This document shows, one piece after another, positions 13,701-24,700 of a stretch of DNA of 64,000 bases. Source of the stretch: Trichoplax adhaerens (taxonomy: Eukaryota > Animalia > Placozoa). The translations under genes were made by a program, and so were the position numbers. Position 1 is the stretch's first letter, and each line of letters begins with the position of its first letter. Where the stretch lies: NCBI RefSeq assembly GCF_000150275.1, contig NW_002060955.1, forward strand, positions 1,634,024 through 1,698,023. The letters are read 5' to 3'. A model generated the notes under the pieces. That model was not told where the DNA came from. It searched no databases and saw nothing but the letters and a program-made list of their open reading frames with translations.

Positions 13701-14090
13701 GTGCGGTAATATCGATCAGGTAGGCAATCATGCTCTCAATAATCTAAATATGTGTTACAATTACATATATTTGAAAGTTGTAGGCATGAGTAATCATAAG
13801 TAATATTCTCTCTAGAAAATTTCTAAAGTGTTTGTTTATTAGCTGATGATCTATACTTCACGACCGAATATTACTATAAACTGAATTTTAGAATAAAATA
13901 TTGAATTAAAAGATTAAATTGACAGCAATGAATAACAAAACTATTAGATTATAAAATGAACTGAATCTCTACTTTGTAGATCCTAACTAATAATCAATAT
14001 TATATTACTGTATCATGATCAACCTAGGATCAATCAAAAGCGAGCGAATTGGAATTGACAAGCATCAATAAGCAAAAACCAAAAAAATAA
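522..14090 (+). CDS. Adhesion GPCR 1 (multi-exon): IgGFc-binding - >=10 FN3 - Ig - HRM - GAIN/GPS - 7TM; signal-peptide exon not in window
   Basis: Hand-spliced exons: 522-1784, gap..2178, 2438-2734, 2991-3287, 3463-3759, gap..4716, 4881-5177, 5346-5642, 5746-6042, 6145-6215, 6316-6562, 6732-7034, 7149-7424, 7519-7626, 7763-7869, 8017-8184, 8371-8439, 8584-8701, 8962-9087, 9213-9282, 9403-9520, 9698-9759, 10146-10260, 10789-10886, (11128-11181?), 11275-11377, 11576-11726, 11935-12016, 12392-12458, 13052-13146, 13256-13382, 13660-13719, 14028-14090 (TAA). All visible boundaries are GT-AG with consistent phases. GPS motif CTFW...WSTSGC...CYCNHTTTF; class B2 7TM motifs YIGC, LHY..L..F.WML, CWL, QYLFA..N.LQ. 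Confidence 0.88.
2048..2097. other. Assembly gap (50 N) inside aGPCR 1
   Basis: Run of N; may be a placeholder of unknown true size. Confidence 1.
2098..3345 (+). repeat. Near-identical tandem repeat of FN3 exon plus intron, period ~553-556 bp, ~2.3 visible copies
   Basis: Exon ends at 2178, 2734 and 3287. ORFs 2416..2790 and 2969..3343 differ by two residues, and the introns are nearly identical. Confidence 0.95.
2098..7034 (+). CDS. Array of >=10 fibronectin type III domain exons of aGPCR 1
   Basis: Complete exons are 297 nt, phase 1-1 (last one 303 nt; one domain split into 71+247 nt exons). Motifs P.SYP.N, SWQP, NGII..Y.I.Y, L.PYT.Y...V.A.T..GFGP.S. Confidence 0.92.
3921..4513. other. 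Assembly gap (593 N) inside FN3 array
   Basis: Run of N; sequence resumes mid-FN3 exon. Confidence 1.
7149..10260 (+). CDS. Ig (I-set), hormone-receptor (HRM) and GAIN/GPS exons of aGPCR 1
   Basis: Ig: LECAATGDPTPTTKWIKD...DNGSYWCQFTN. HRM: GFCIDE...RWPKTYGGQTAIVSCP..QGNATRLC...WEQIDTTGC. GAIN: LYGGDIIKAIEIL, HSNLLN..N..AW, YKTLGNLIP, VNSHIISTS, LSHPLQITF. GPS at 9698-10260. Confidence 0.88.
10789..14090 (+). CDS. Seven-transmembrane (class B2/adhesion) domain and short C-tail exons of aGPCR 1
   Basis: TM1 LEVIIYIGCGLASFLLALTIAINII; TM2 ILGIINVSMFICILIANIIVIFG; TM3 CTIVATILHYVLLAAFAWMLCHSFYLF; TM4 FIFAAFILALAIAIVTAAVAI; ECL2 CWL; TM5 IVLVFVISALSMTSVSAILIVLG; TM6 AALILMLLLVIDWTLFVLF; TM7 LQYLFAVINFLQALYIFAFY. 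Confidence 0.85.
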
Positions 14091-15910
14091 TAAGTATTTA
14101 GTTTATCTGCGTTAAGGATGAATTATTTAAATACTGAATTATTAATCGATCTAGTTTTTAATTTTATCGTACATTCTTCGCTGGGTAAATTAGGATTGTT
14201 AAATATCAAATTCAAAAATTTACTAGAGTAGTTTTAATCTTCCGCTGATGCATTCTCTACAATTTTGATATGTCTGGATACCATATTTACAATTTAAATT
14301 TATTTTAAATATGAATGGAACTACTGAGGATTTTCGGTTTTTGCTAGTATAGAATCTAATACAGTAGTATTATTATACTCATGCTTAATCTCTAACAAGC
14401 TATGACTAGAAAAGGTGTACCGATTAGTACGCATAAGCTAATCGTTCCAAGTAAATAGACACGTAAAACATTGCAGAAAAATGAAAAAGTTATATATTTT
14501 AACCGATCTTTACTTCTAACTTGTTGGCTTGTGAATTAAAGTTGGTATTTTTACTTAGGTACTCATACGTATATTAAACATAAAGATAGAAAATTTTAAT
14601 TGTATAGTTTGGCATTTCAAATTGATTAACTATCAATTATCATTTAAATTTACAGTAATGCATAATTATTTCAATAGACTATCTGTTCTGGCATATCGGT
14701 GATGATTTATGACTATATTACTAATTTGATAAAAATTGTAGAATAAAATCTTAAATATTATTTGGAGATCCTTTAATTCCTGTTTACGTAAAATCCAAAG
14801 ATAGTTCATTCCACTGCAATAATAGTAACATAGTAACTTAACCATCAATTTGCAGTATAGGATTGATCGTAACTTTTATCACTTATTACTTTGTCTTCAG
14901 CTGTATAGCGGAAAAGTAAAAACAATAACAACAAAGCTCGACATCCTGGCTCCAGTAGCTTTATTCCAAGATATCTATAGTAGTAGAGTTGTTTGCATAG
15001 GATTCAAGTACTGGCAACAAATAAGTAATTGATAATTACAATCATTCATTCAGTGTAGTAAATGAACCAGTTTTTGACTCTATTAGCAATACTATTATTT
15101 GCATGTCTGACTATATCGTATGCTCTTGGATATCTAGTCCAGAATCATTGAGTACAACTGTATAACAAGTCTACATCAAACGTCAAATTTGTAATGCATC
15201 CATTCAATGAAGTATAGGAAACAATGAAAATGACATTAATGTAAACTACTATGTTTGCATTATTTTATCGGTGGCTTTCTGATAAGAGTGCAATTATGCA
15301 ATTTGTAGGTTTCAAAACCTTTTCCATACTTTACATCAGACACGTAGTGCATCCTGTCAGTACGAAGAGCAGGCTAATAGACGCGAATCAAATACAATTT
15401 GTATCATTTTATGCTGTTGATCTTTGCGACTTTACTCTAGCCTTGGACAATATTTTCGAGTCGGACAACACGATGCATAATCCGTAATCTATGAAGTAAC
15501 ATTTTATTATCGTAAAGTATTGGAGAAATAAGTAGAGTAAAACTGCGGAATATGTTATTCGATTAGACAAGCAATTCTAAAGTGCATCACTATTTTATAG
15601 TATGCCATATCTTTGCCGGCTAGTATTACACCAAAAAAGTACGTTGATCAACTACAACACGCTATAAAGATAATTGATCAATGCTAGCTCTAACTATAGC
15701 TATCTTATATAGCCGAACGTCTAACAGGATGAAAATCATTCGCTAGGAAATACTGATAAAACTGCGCTGTGAAAAGTGAATAAAGATTCACTGCATCCCA
15801 TTCTTATTGTCCTACTGCTATATACAGTAGAGCCAGCTTGTACATACTGTATTACTTGACTATATCAATTGTAATAATATTAATAGGTATCCAATAGTAG
15901 TTGTTCATAC

Positions 15911-17326
15911 CTTCTTGATACTGCAACATTATCAAACATTGTTCTGTTAAAGTTATCAAGCTACCTTACTATACCTATGTTATTATCTATTGCAAATTGA
16001 ACAATTTTATTATGTTGCAATTGTGAAGTAAAACTGTGCGGCTGCAGTGATCCGCATCGGTAACAATGTGCGGTTAATTTATGTATAGAGGTGTTAATTG
16101 GTAAGGTGCTTTTATGCTTAACCTTCAAATCACGTACATAATTTGCCCTGATTAATGAATATATACCGTAATTATCCCTTACTTTGTATATATGCGTAAA
16201 GATAAGTTAAACATTGTTTTCAGGTGTCGATATTTTTTACTTTATGACACGAACCCCTTATGCACGTTTATAAAATGTAAAATTATCATTACCATTGAAA
16301 GGAAATGCCAACAAGAATCCTGCGATGAACATAATTTTACTCTGACTGAATAAGTTGCGATGATCAATACAAGTGAGTATACCATCCTGTAGTGCCACCG
16401 TTGCTTTGAATACTTCCTGTGTTTGCTGAAGATAAGAGCTTCTCCACTCGTTCCGATGAACTAAATTTATCCAAGCTTTATCAATATCCTCTTTCACTTT
16501 CATAACTTTTTCTCCTTCTGAAGATTCCTCCAGTAAACGTTGTGCCTCAGCTCGTATAATACTGACCTGCAAAAGTATAATATTATATCCTTTATGCATT
16601 CTATCTGGTGTTGGTTTAATACTTTCGATATTCAATTGCATTGAGCTTCCTGATTTTCGAAATTAGCAAATACCAATTGGAAGTTTTGATGTATACGGCA
16701 TAACGACGAAGTGGTATTTAGGTTCAATCCAAGGTCATCGACAAGAGATTGTTCCTTAAACTGTTGAGAGAATAAATTTGGATAAATAAAGTCAGTGGGT
16801 ATGAACTGCTCTAATCACAGGAGGGTTAAGAAACAGTTAAAGTAATACCCCAGTAGTTTTATTGGCTATTGAAACTAACCTGCAATTCTAGTACTAAGTC
16901 ATGAGCATCAAAGTAGTACTTGTATAATTCTCTTGTCTTACTTAATAGCTGTCAAGAATAAAATGACAGATACTGATATCAATTACAAAATATAAAACAA
17001 AATAATCAGATGACATCCTTAAAAACTATTAATTTCGAGACTTGATCTCCAACTAAATACAAAAGGGCAGTACGAGAATAATTTTAATACTGCATTGGAT
17101 TCGATTACAGTCTTAAAAATCTAGAACAAACCTCTCGTCTTTGTTTTACTTGCTGCATCAACTCGTCCTACGTTATATCCACAGAATTTATCCATTCCTG
17201 TAGTGTCTCTGTTTTTTTTGGACATGCTTCAATAATTGCGTTACCTTCTGCATGGGCCTTAGCGATGCGGTCAGAAGCTTGGATTTTAGATGTATCAACC
17301 TATTTTTCAAAAGCTTTGCTTATAAC
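15911..17326 (-). pseudogene. Beta-spectrin-like spectrin-repeat gene fragment with in-frame stops
   Basis: Minus-strand exons: 17326-17132 (VISKAFEK*VDTSKIQASDRIAKAHAEGNAIIEACPKKTETLQEWINSVDIT*DELMQQVKQRRE), 16948-16880 (LLSKTRELYKYYFDAHDLVLELQ), 16760-16650 (FKEQSLVDDLGLNLNTTSSLCRIHQNFQLVFANFENQ), 16566-16383 (VSIIRAEAQRLL...KAWINLVHRNEWRSSYLQQTQEVFKATVALQD), possibly 15974-15911. Aligns by eye, from memory, with beta-spectrin repeats ~14-15 (IAEWKDGLNEAW...YELHKFYHDA...ELGRD.NTV..LQRMH..F...QVRQLQEDAARL). Confidence 0.7.
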
Positions 17327-19283
17327 CTGTCAAGAGAAATATTATCTTGTATAAGAGAAGTAATAGAACACCATCATTTAATAGCTATCCTAATAGAGAT
17401 AAAAAGCTAGTGCACAGACGAAGTAATAAATAGTGTTATTTTGATCATCTCTACAGAACCTTACCTCTAATTATACAAGCATTACTATTCAATTATGTTA
17501 GGCTATATCCTGAGATAAGACTATGAAGAGCAGGATAACAAATTCTCTAATGTAATAATAACTAATGAAGTAGCAGAAAATAAACTGAGTGTAGAATGTT
17601 ATTGATGTGCGATATTGATGTTTAGAATTCACCATCCTAGTGTAGTTACTGAGTAAAAATGTATGCCCTGGCTTGATATTATGAAATTTCTATTATCCAA
17701 CAAAGCATAATGTAACAGGAAAGAAATCCAATATTGGGCATTATTGGATGGACTATATTAGTATTGAGCATGAATTATTCTGCTCCATCTATGAATCAGA
17801 AATTGAAATGTTTTTTTATATAAATTGGGAAGGACCAAATATAATAATTGTCCTAAACCAGAAGTTTCTGACGAGACTGTCAAAGTCTGGTGCCTGAAGA
17901 CCCACCCTTAATTAGTTAGTCGGTTAGATAGTCAACTAGTTTATCAATGGCTATTGAATTGTCAAGACTATCATCTTGGGTGATCAAGATTTCTTCAGTA
18001 ATCAATAGTAGTCCATCTCTGACTACTTCATCTACACTATCAGTGACGCTATCATTCTATTATAGTATTCGGTCGTTGGAACTGAATTATTAGACGATAT
18101 AGCGAATCTCGCCTCTTGAAATCAGTAAGTGGCGTTCTCCGCAAGGATTAGCGTGTGTAGACTACTTTGTCACTAGTGGTGTGTGACCCCATGTCATTTT
18201 CGTATCCAATATTTGGATCAAAGTAGAAATGAAATTGATTGCAATTTATACCACCATTTTTAGACATGCATACAGCTCATTCAAAGATGATCCATGTCGG
18301 TAGAAACTAGAGTATTTGCACGTTAGTTTTAGTTGCATTTTTTCCCGGTGAAAGTATCCAAAACGAAATGAAAGACGCTGACAGTCGTGAACACTTGTAC
18401 TGTATCAGACTATCAAACCATGAAGATCTACAGCGTGATCCTTTTCGTTTTACATAAATCAACACTAATGTTTTGCGATATTTTGAGAACGAAATTCATC
18501 AACATCGTTCTGTGTGGAAAGAAGAAGCTCTCAAAAACATAACCAATGCACTATCGTTTGAATTACTTTTGACATGATTTGGTCAATATTAAAGCATTTA
18601 CAGTACTTATTTATTTATAATCTGGAACGAGAAAGATCACGCGGTACAGTACAGTATTAAGTACAGGAACGTACTGTAGACTCGGTACTGTACACTGTAC
18701 TGGAAGAACACTTTCAGCGCTTCAAATTTGGAGGCCTGCAAGATTTCAACTCATCAAAAACTACACCGCTGACAGGGCTATGCTTGAGGTAGCGAAGAAA
18801 GCGCGCTCGAGTTTATAAACGATGTCCTACGTCGATATATTGTCTATAGTTGGTATTCCAATGGTGTACTGGGATGATTTTACATGCCTTTTTGACTTCC
18901 TTACTAGCTTGCATAGGTCGTGATTTTACTTGCAGTACTTTTCACTCTGTACCACCGACTTCAAGACTAATGTTAGGGTTAGGGTACTGTACCCAGTCTT
19001 CAAAGTCCGTGACTGGACTACCGGATGTACGGGTGGATGGACACTCGTCCAGTGCTGTACTCTACGGGTAAATGTTTTTCTTACTCCATACTTGAATATG
19101 GAGTTCAACACTTTAGTATCAACCAATGGAACATACTGTACAGTAATATACAATTCTACAGTAGAGATCCATGACGCACCGTAGCTGAGACAAGTTCTTC
19201 CTTATCCAAGCAAGTCGACAGATTAACGCATTATTGAGAGGGAGAAGTAGAAGTGGTGCATTGCAAAGTGTGCTTGTATCTTC

Positions 19284-21731
19284 ATGGCTAACGAAGAGGA
19301 GAGAGAAAACATCTTAGAAGTGGTAGGTTATTCACAGCTTTGCAGTAAGCCTGATGAAACCATGTTCTATTTTGCTTAGTTGCATCATTCAGTCAAGGTA
19401 GTCCAAAATAAACTAGAGTAGGACCACGCGTACCGCTGTATACGTAAGAGGATTGTTTACTGTCTTTAAGAGGATTGCAACCATCCAATGACTGAATCCC
19501 TATCATTAGCGCAAGGAATGATAGAGAGAGACCAATCGAATGGATGCTAATCAAAAGTAGTATCTTGATCATTTAGTCAATCAATCCACAAGTACAACTA
19601 CTACTGGTAAATAAAATAGTACAAACCTATAGCTAATATCAAATACGCAATGCAGCGATGTAGTACTATTTCAGCAGCCAATGACTTTGCAACTTTACTC
19701 TAGCCATTGACTGCACTTTCCAGTTAGGTAATTTCCATGCAAATGCGTTACTCATGAAACAACATGTTTTTACAATAGGTCAAAGCCAGCTCCAATCGTC
19801 AAGATTGTCAAACGTTTGTTTTACATGGTGAAAATCATACGCTTGGAAATGCTGTTCGATATCTCATTATGAAAAAGTAGGCAAGATGAAATTGTACACC
19901 ATTCTAGTTGTCTTCCTGCTCAGTAAAGAGCGATTCTGTAGTGCATAAACACCACACAGCAACGCATCTATCAATTGAATCAACTATTCCTTTGATAACT
20001 TGTGGTGTTGTACAATGTACAGTACGGAATCACCATTACTTACTTGATATCTTGACGGTAAAGCTAAGAATTTGGTGTAATACTATACAAATTGCTATAG
20101 AAGATACATACATACGCGTGCAGTAGTAGTTCATGGTCAAATATTCAAAGTGATTCAGTGATGGTGATCGAGCTACCGCCCTATTCCTACATTTTAGATA
20201 TTACAGTTTACATTGGCAGGGATGATACACTCATTACATTCTTTTGCAAATCCCTGACACTCGATCAATGCTTATCATATAGCTTGCATTATAACAGTTA
20301 CAATTTCTTGATATTATCTCCATATGTAATTACTAACTAAAAGAAAATACTACCTACTTTGTTATTGACTTTTCAAAATTGAACTATTTTATTGTAATAT
20401 AGTCCTGAGACGAAACTTTGTGGCTACAGTGTCCCCCATCCGTCACAACATAAGATAAATCTGCGAATAGAAACGAATAATGGTAAGATGTTCGTACTGT
20501 ATCGTCAAACATCTACAATATGCTCTAATTAATTATATTATTGAATCTATAGAATCCTTAGTTTGTACAAATAAAACAGAAAATTACCTTCAGTAGTAGA
20601 AGATGCTCAATAGACGTCTGAGCTTTTACCTTCGTGACTTGAGTATTTCATGTGCTACGCATTTATCGGACGTATGTCTACTATTGTAGCTTGAAGTAGA
20701 CACGTATAAGAACCCTGCTGTAAAGACAGTTTTACTTCACCTATCAAATCCTGTACTTTCATCCAATAAACCATATCCAGCTCCTTAGTAGACCAAATCA
20801 CAATCTACATAATTGCGTAATTAAAATATGTTATTACGTACTATAAATGAGCTGCTTTAGAACTAATGACCAAAATTCGCTTTATGGTTTTTACTCTTCA
20901 TGTATTTTTACAGTTACTTCTTTTGCGCCTAATACTAAGCTCTTTTATCTCTTGTGAGCTTAGAAAAAGATGCTATTGAAGTATTTCGTACTGGATTACA
21001 AGATTTGGATCAAGTTTGCGATCACGTTCTGAAGACGTTTGATGTAAGTATACCTTTTGGCTAAGTTGCACAAAGCGATACACAGGTGTCTGCGACCCGT
21101 ACGTTCAACGTCCATATAGTTATGCTGATAGGATAAGATTCAAAAGCTGGCTTTTATATTGTAGAAATGGAGTTCGTATGTATTGTTATTAATTAATTTC
21201 TACTTTGTTGGACCTTGCAATCAAAGGGCTGTAGCTTATGCACTACGTAATGGACGCTGACGTAGTTTATTGCACATGTGTGTATGAACTACTGATGTGC
21301 CAATATACTGCAGCAACGTACCCAAACTCGTATAGTATCAAACGGTATAGCTATTATATCCTCTATCATTTTCGCCAGTGAGTAATATTTCCATATGTAA
21401 ACAAGATTGAAATCATTGCTATGACACTGTAATATCTCCAATTGCTAATAATTTGCAAAGCCTACATTGATACACATCTAAATGGCATCTTTTTTTACGT
21501 TGATTGCAACCGGAAAACCTAACACGTTACAATGCTTGATAATAAGTTTTAAGTTTTATTACTTGGCATCGTTGACATTGACTATCGGAAAGCCCTATTA
21601 CTAATTGGATACTTAGGCCATAAAAACTAAATATTTCATATATTGTTAATGCTTTCTTACTGCACTAATGTTATCTATCACTTTGTTGTATTGATGTCTA
21701 GGAATGCACAGGTAAACACCAAAGTAGTTGA
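19284..21731 (+). CDS. POLR1D: DNA-directed RNA polymerases I and III subunit RPAC2 (AC19)
   Basis: Exons 19284-19322, 19779-19876, 20403-20482, 20964-21043, 21702-21731 (last exon less certain). Product [99 protein letters not shown]..., carrying the RPB11/AC19 signature TF.LH.E.HTLGN..RY.IMKNP...CGY..PHPS..KINLRI.T. Confidence 0.93.
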
Positions 21732-24700
21732 TTGTACTCACTCATATTGTGCAGTAAATCATGTTGGCTCACTCCTGTAAAGACTATATATTCAAAGTCG
21801 TTTTATTAGAGCCATAAAAATGACAACCTTGTAGCATAAAGTGATAGCAAATATTGCACTAAGTTGCATGAACAAATTTTACAAAACAGGATATGGCATG
21901 TATATTTTGTCTGTGATATTTTAAGGTAAATTAAATTTACACATAGATACCTCAAGGTATTCTACCCTGTTATGTAATTTTTCAAAGTAAATGATATGTT
22001 TTTATTCTAATGTAAATGATAAAAAATCTACGCAAACATAACTGATTTTGTAAAAGCATTCTTGCTATTGTCATGGATCTTCTGATAGTATTAAACTGCA
22101 TTATAAAATCACATGCACTACTTTATCTTCGATAAATAGACTACATGGGTTAAATAATTTGACAACTTTATTGAATTATGCGTAATTAATATCATTGATT
22201 ATTCTATAAATTCCTCCTAGTTATTACTATTCCACTTTAAATAGCAACTGATATTATTGACTACGATATTTTTTTGTACAATCCAATAACAACTGTAACA
22301 ATACTGGTTGTACTTTTATGAAAGATATAAGACTAATCCAAGACACAATCGAAGCGGTTGTATTGTTGCTAATTCAAGTTTTCGCAATGTAAACGCAGCA
22401 TCTTCCCATTTTCAACAATTGAACATTACCGGTACGTGTAAATTATTCAATTCCTAGCATGCAGCGTGTTATTTATCTTCCAATACATGGTATTCTGATG
22501 AAGATATCACATGTAAATAACTTGTCTGATAACTGGCCCAATACAATTGACAGTAGCTAATTGAACAACTTAGTAGGCTGAAACTTATTACATACTATCC
22601 GGTTTTATAGTTAAACAATTTACTAGATAATAATTTACATCTCTGTTGACCTTTCCCTAATAAGAGCACGCGATTTCAGGGTCCGTTGTGCGTGTATTTA
22701 AGTTTGGCAATAGGAAATCTAGTAATTCTATGCCATACGAATCTCGTTAATTCAAACATATGGTAATGGCAACGATAAATATATAGCACTATAGTGTTGC
22801 CATGTATTCGTGCTTGGATCACGTTTTCATCAATGTTTGCATATTGCATTATTTCAATTATGTCAACAGATAGTACCTTTACTTACAGACAATATCATGG
22901 TGATAATGTGTCCCTGAAATTGTTTGTCTGTGGTACTATGCCGTTCTAAAAATTGATCGCGCCTTGCCATAAAGACTACCTATACGATAGAGGTGATGAT
23001 ATATTTGAAGATGTCTGTGATAATATGGCTACGGTAAGATTGCGGTATGCATGCACCTCTTACATAATACCTACATAAATTTTATTTTATTTTGCATATC
23101 GAATAAGTTGTATCTTAACGAATCACCTACAAACATAACTGATCATTACAGTATCATTCTATACAACGGAAATTTAAAATGCGTGCATTGATGAGCTAAT
23201 CGAAGAAAGCAATATTTAAGCGTATTTACATTATAAGTTTAGTTCAAGTCATTACGTGTTAGACTATTTCTTTTAAGCTGTTAAAGCATCATGGAAAATT
23301 TACAATCATACCAAACGATTGGAAGCATTTTGTTATTAATAAATAAGTTAAAGTTTAATTAATTATAATTATTTACAAGCAGGAAATACGATTCTCGCTT
23401 ATGATGAGTTTGTGGGTCGTGAAAAAGTTTTATTTATTTATTAAATATGATATTGATTGGCAGCAGTCATTCAAGCACCAATTAGAATAACTTATCAATC
23501 TTGGCGTATTAGCATAGCATGCACACAAGTAATTTTATCAATAGCTACCTTTAAATATGGATATGATTACTTACTTTACTTTAATCGCTTTAGCAGTTTA
23601 GGATGTTATTAATTTGTTGTACATTTTATGAAGCTCAATCACGCTTGTGAGATTGAACCTTCTATCAATTGTTCGATATGTTTAGATCCCGCTTAAATTC
23701 TGTCCATTATTTCAGGTCGATCGAATTTCTCATACTCTTGGAGTATTTCTATTGTAGTGTTACAGTAGACTAAATGATCAATATAAATCTGCGAAATTAT
23801 GCATTTATTTGTTGTTTTTAATCTTGTATATAATCCTGAGCACATACTGTACTGCATACTCTTGCATGCCTCTAAATTGATTGAGAATATTTGATTGCAA
23901 AAATCTCCGAAGATTTACATTCAGTACAGTATAATATGATACATAGCAGGTGACTTTAATAGTAGCTACTGTAGCAAAATGCATTTACTGGAGAATATCC
24001 CATTAATCCAACTATTATATTATTATCGTATGTTGCAACTACGGTCGTATATTAGCCTTTCCTAGGTAAGATTAATGGAACAACAACAAAAATCAAGTTG
24101 TACCTTGGACGATCGATGCTACACTAGGGGTTACAATAAACTAATTATGTCCATTTTTAGATTATTTTTTATTTTCGATGGGCGACGCCCATGCCAATCC
24201 ATGAACTAATAAAAGGCTAAAGACACGCTGTTGATGCCATACGAGTAGTGGTAAGATTAGATTACTGTACACTGTACAGCCAGTCGACCGTTTATTTAAA
24301 GTTTAATCTAGATATACAATACTCACTGAAGACTCAGGGGGTCTTTTACAAGAAATAATTCTAATTGATGTATGTATCTACGTACTATTATTGTTGTTAC
24401 AAGTTGACTTTTACTGTGTATCGCTAGTTATAAATATTTCATGCGATAAGTAGCTATTACTACTATAATTTGACTTGTTGGTGACTGGTAATGCTTCAAT
24501 TATGATCATCGAAACCCCGATAATTGTACAATAGTTGATCGCTATGCACCGAAATATTAAATTAATGACTAGCTAAGGATTATTAGTAAAGTACTCGTAA
24601 GTAGAGCAGAAGATCAACTATAACGATACACAGTAGGGGCAAGTAGAGTTCCTCGCTATTGGACAATGTTGTCAATAATGAGTCTAGCACTGGTATGAAA

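Noticed and set aside
22290-23040. Patches of coding-like sequence downstream of POLR1D (similar patches at 38490-38820, 41400-41900, 51040-51330)
   Set aside because: No frame gave a recognisable family or consistent splice structure; these could be decayed relics but I cannot support a call.
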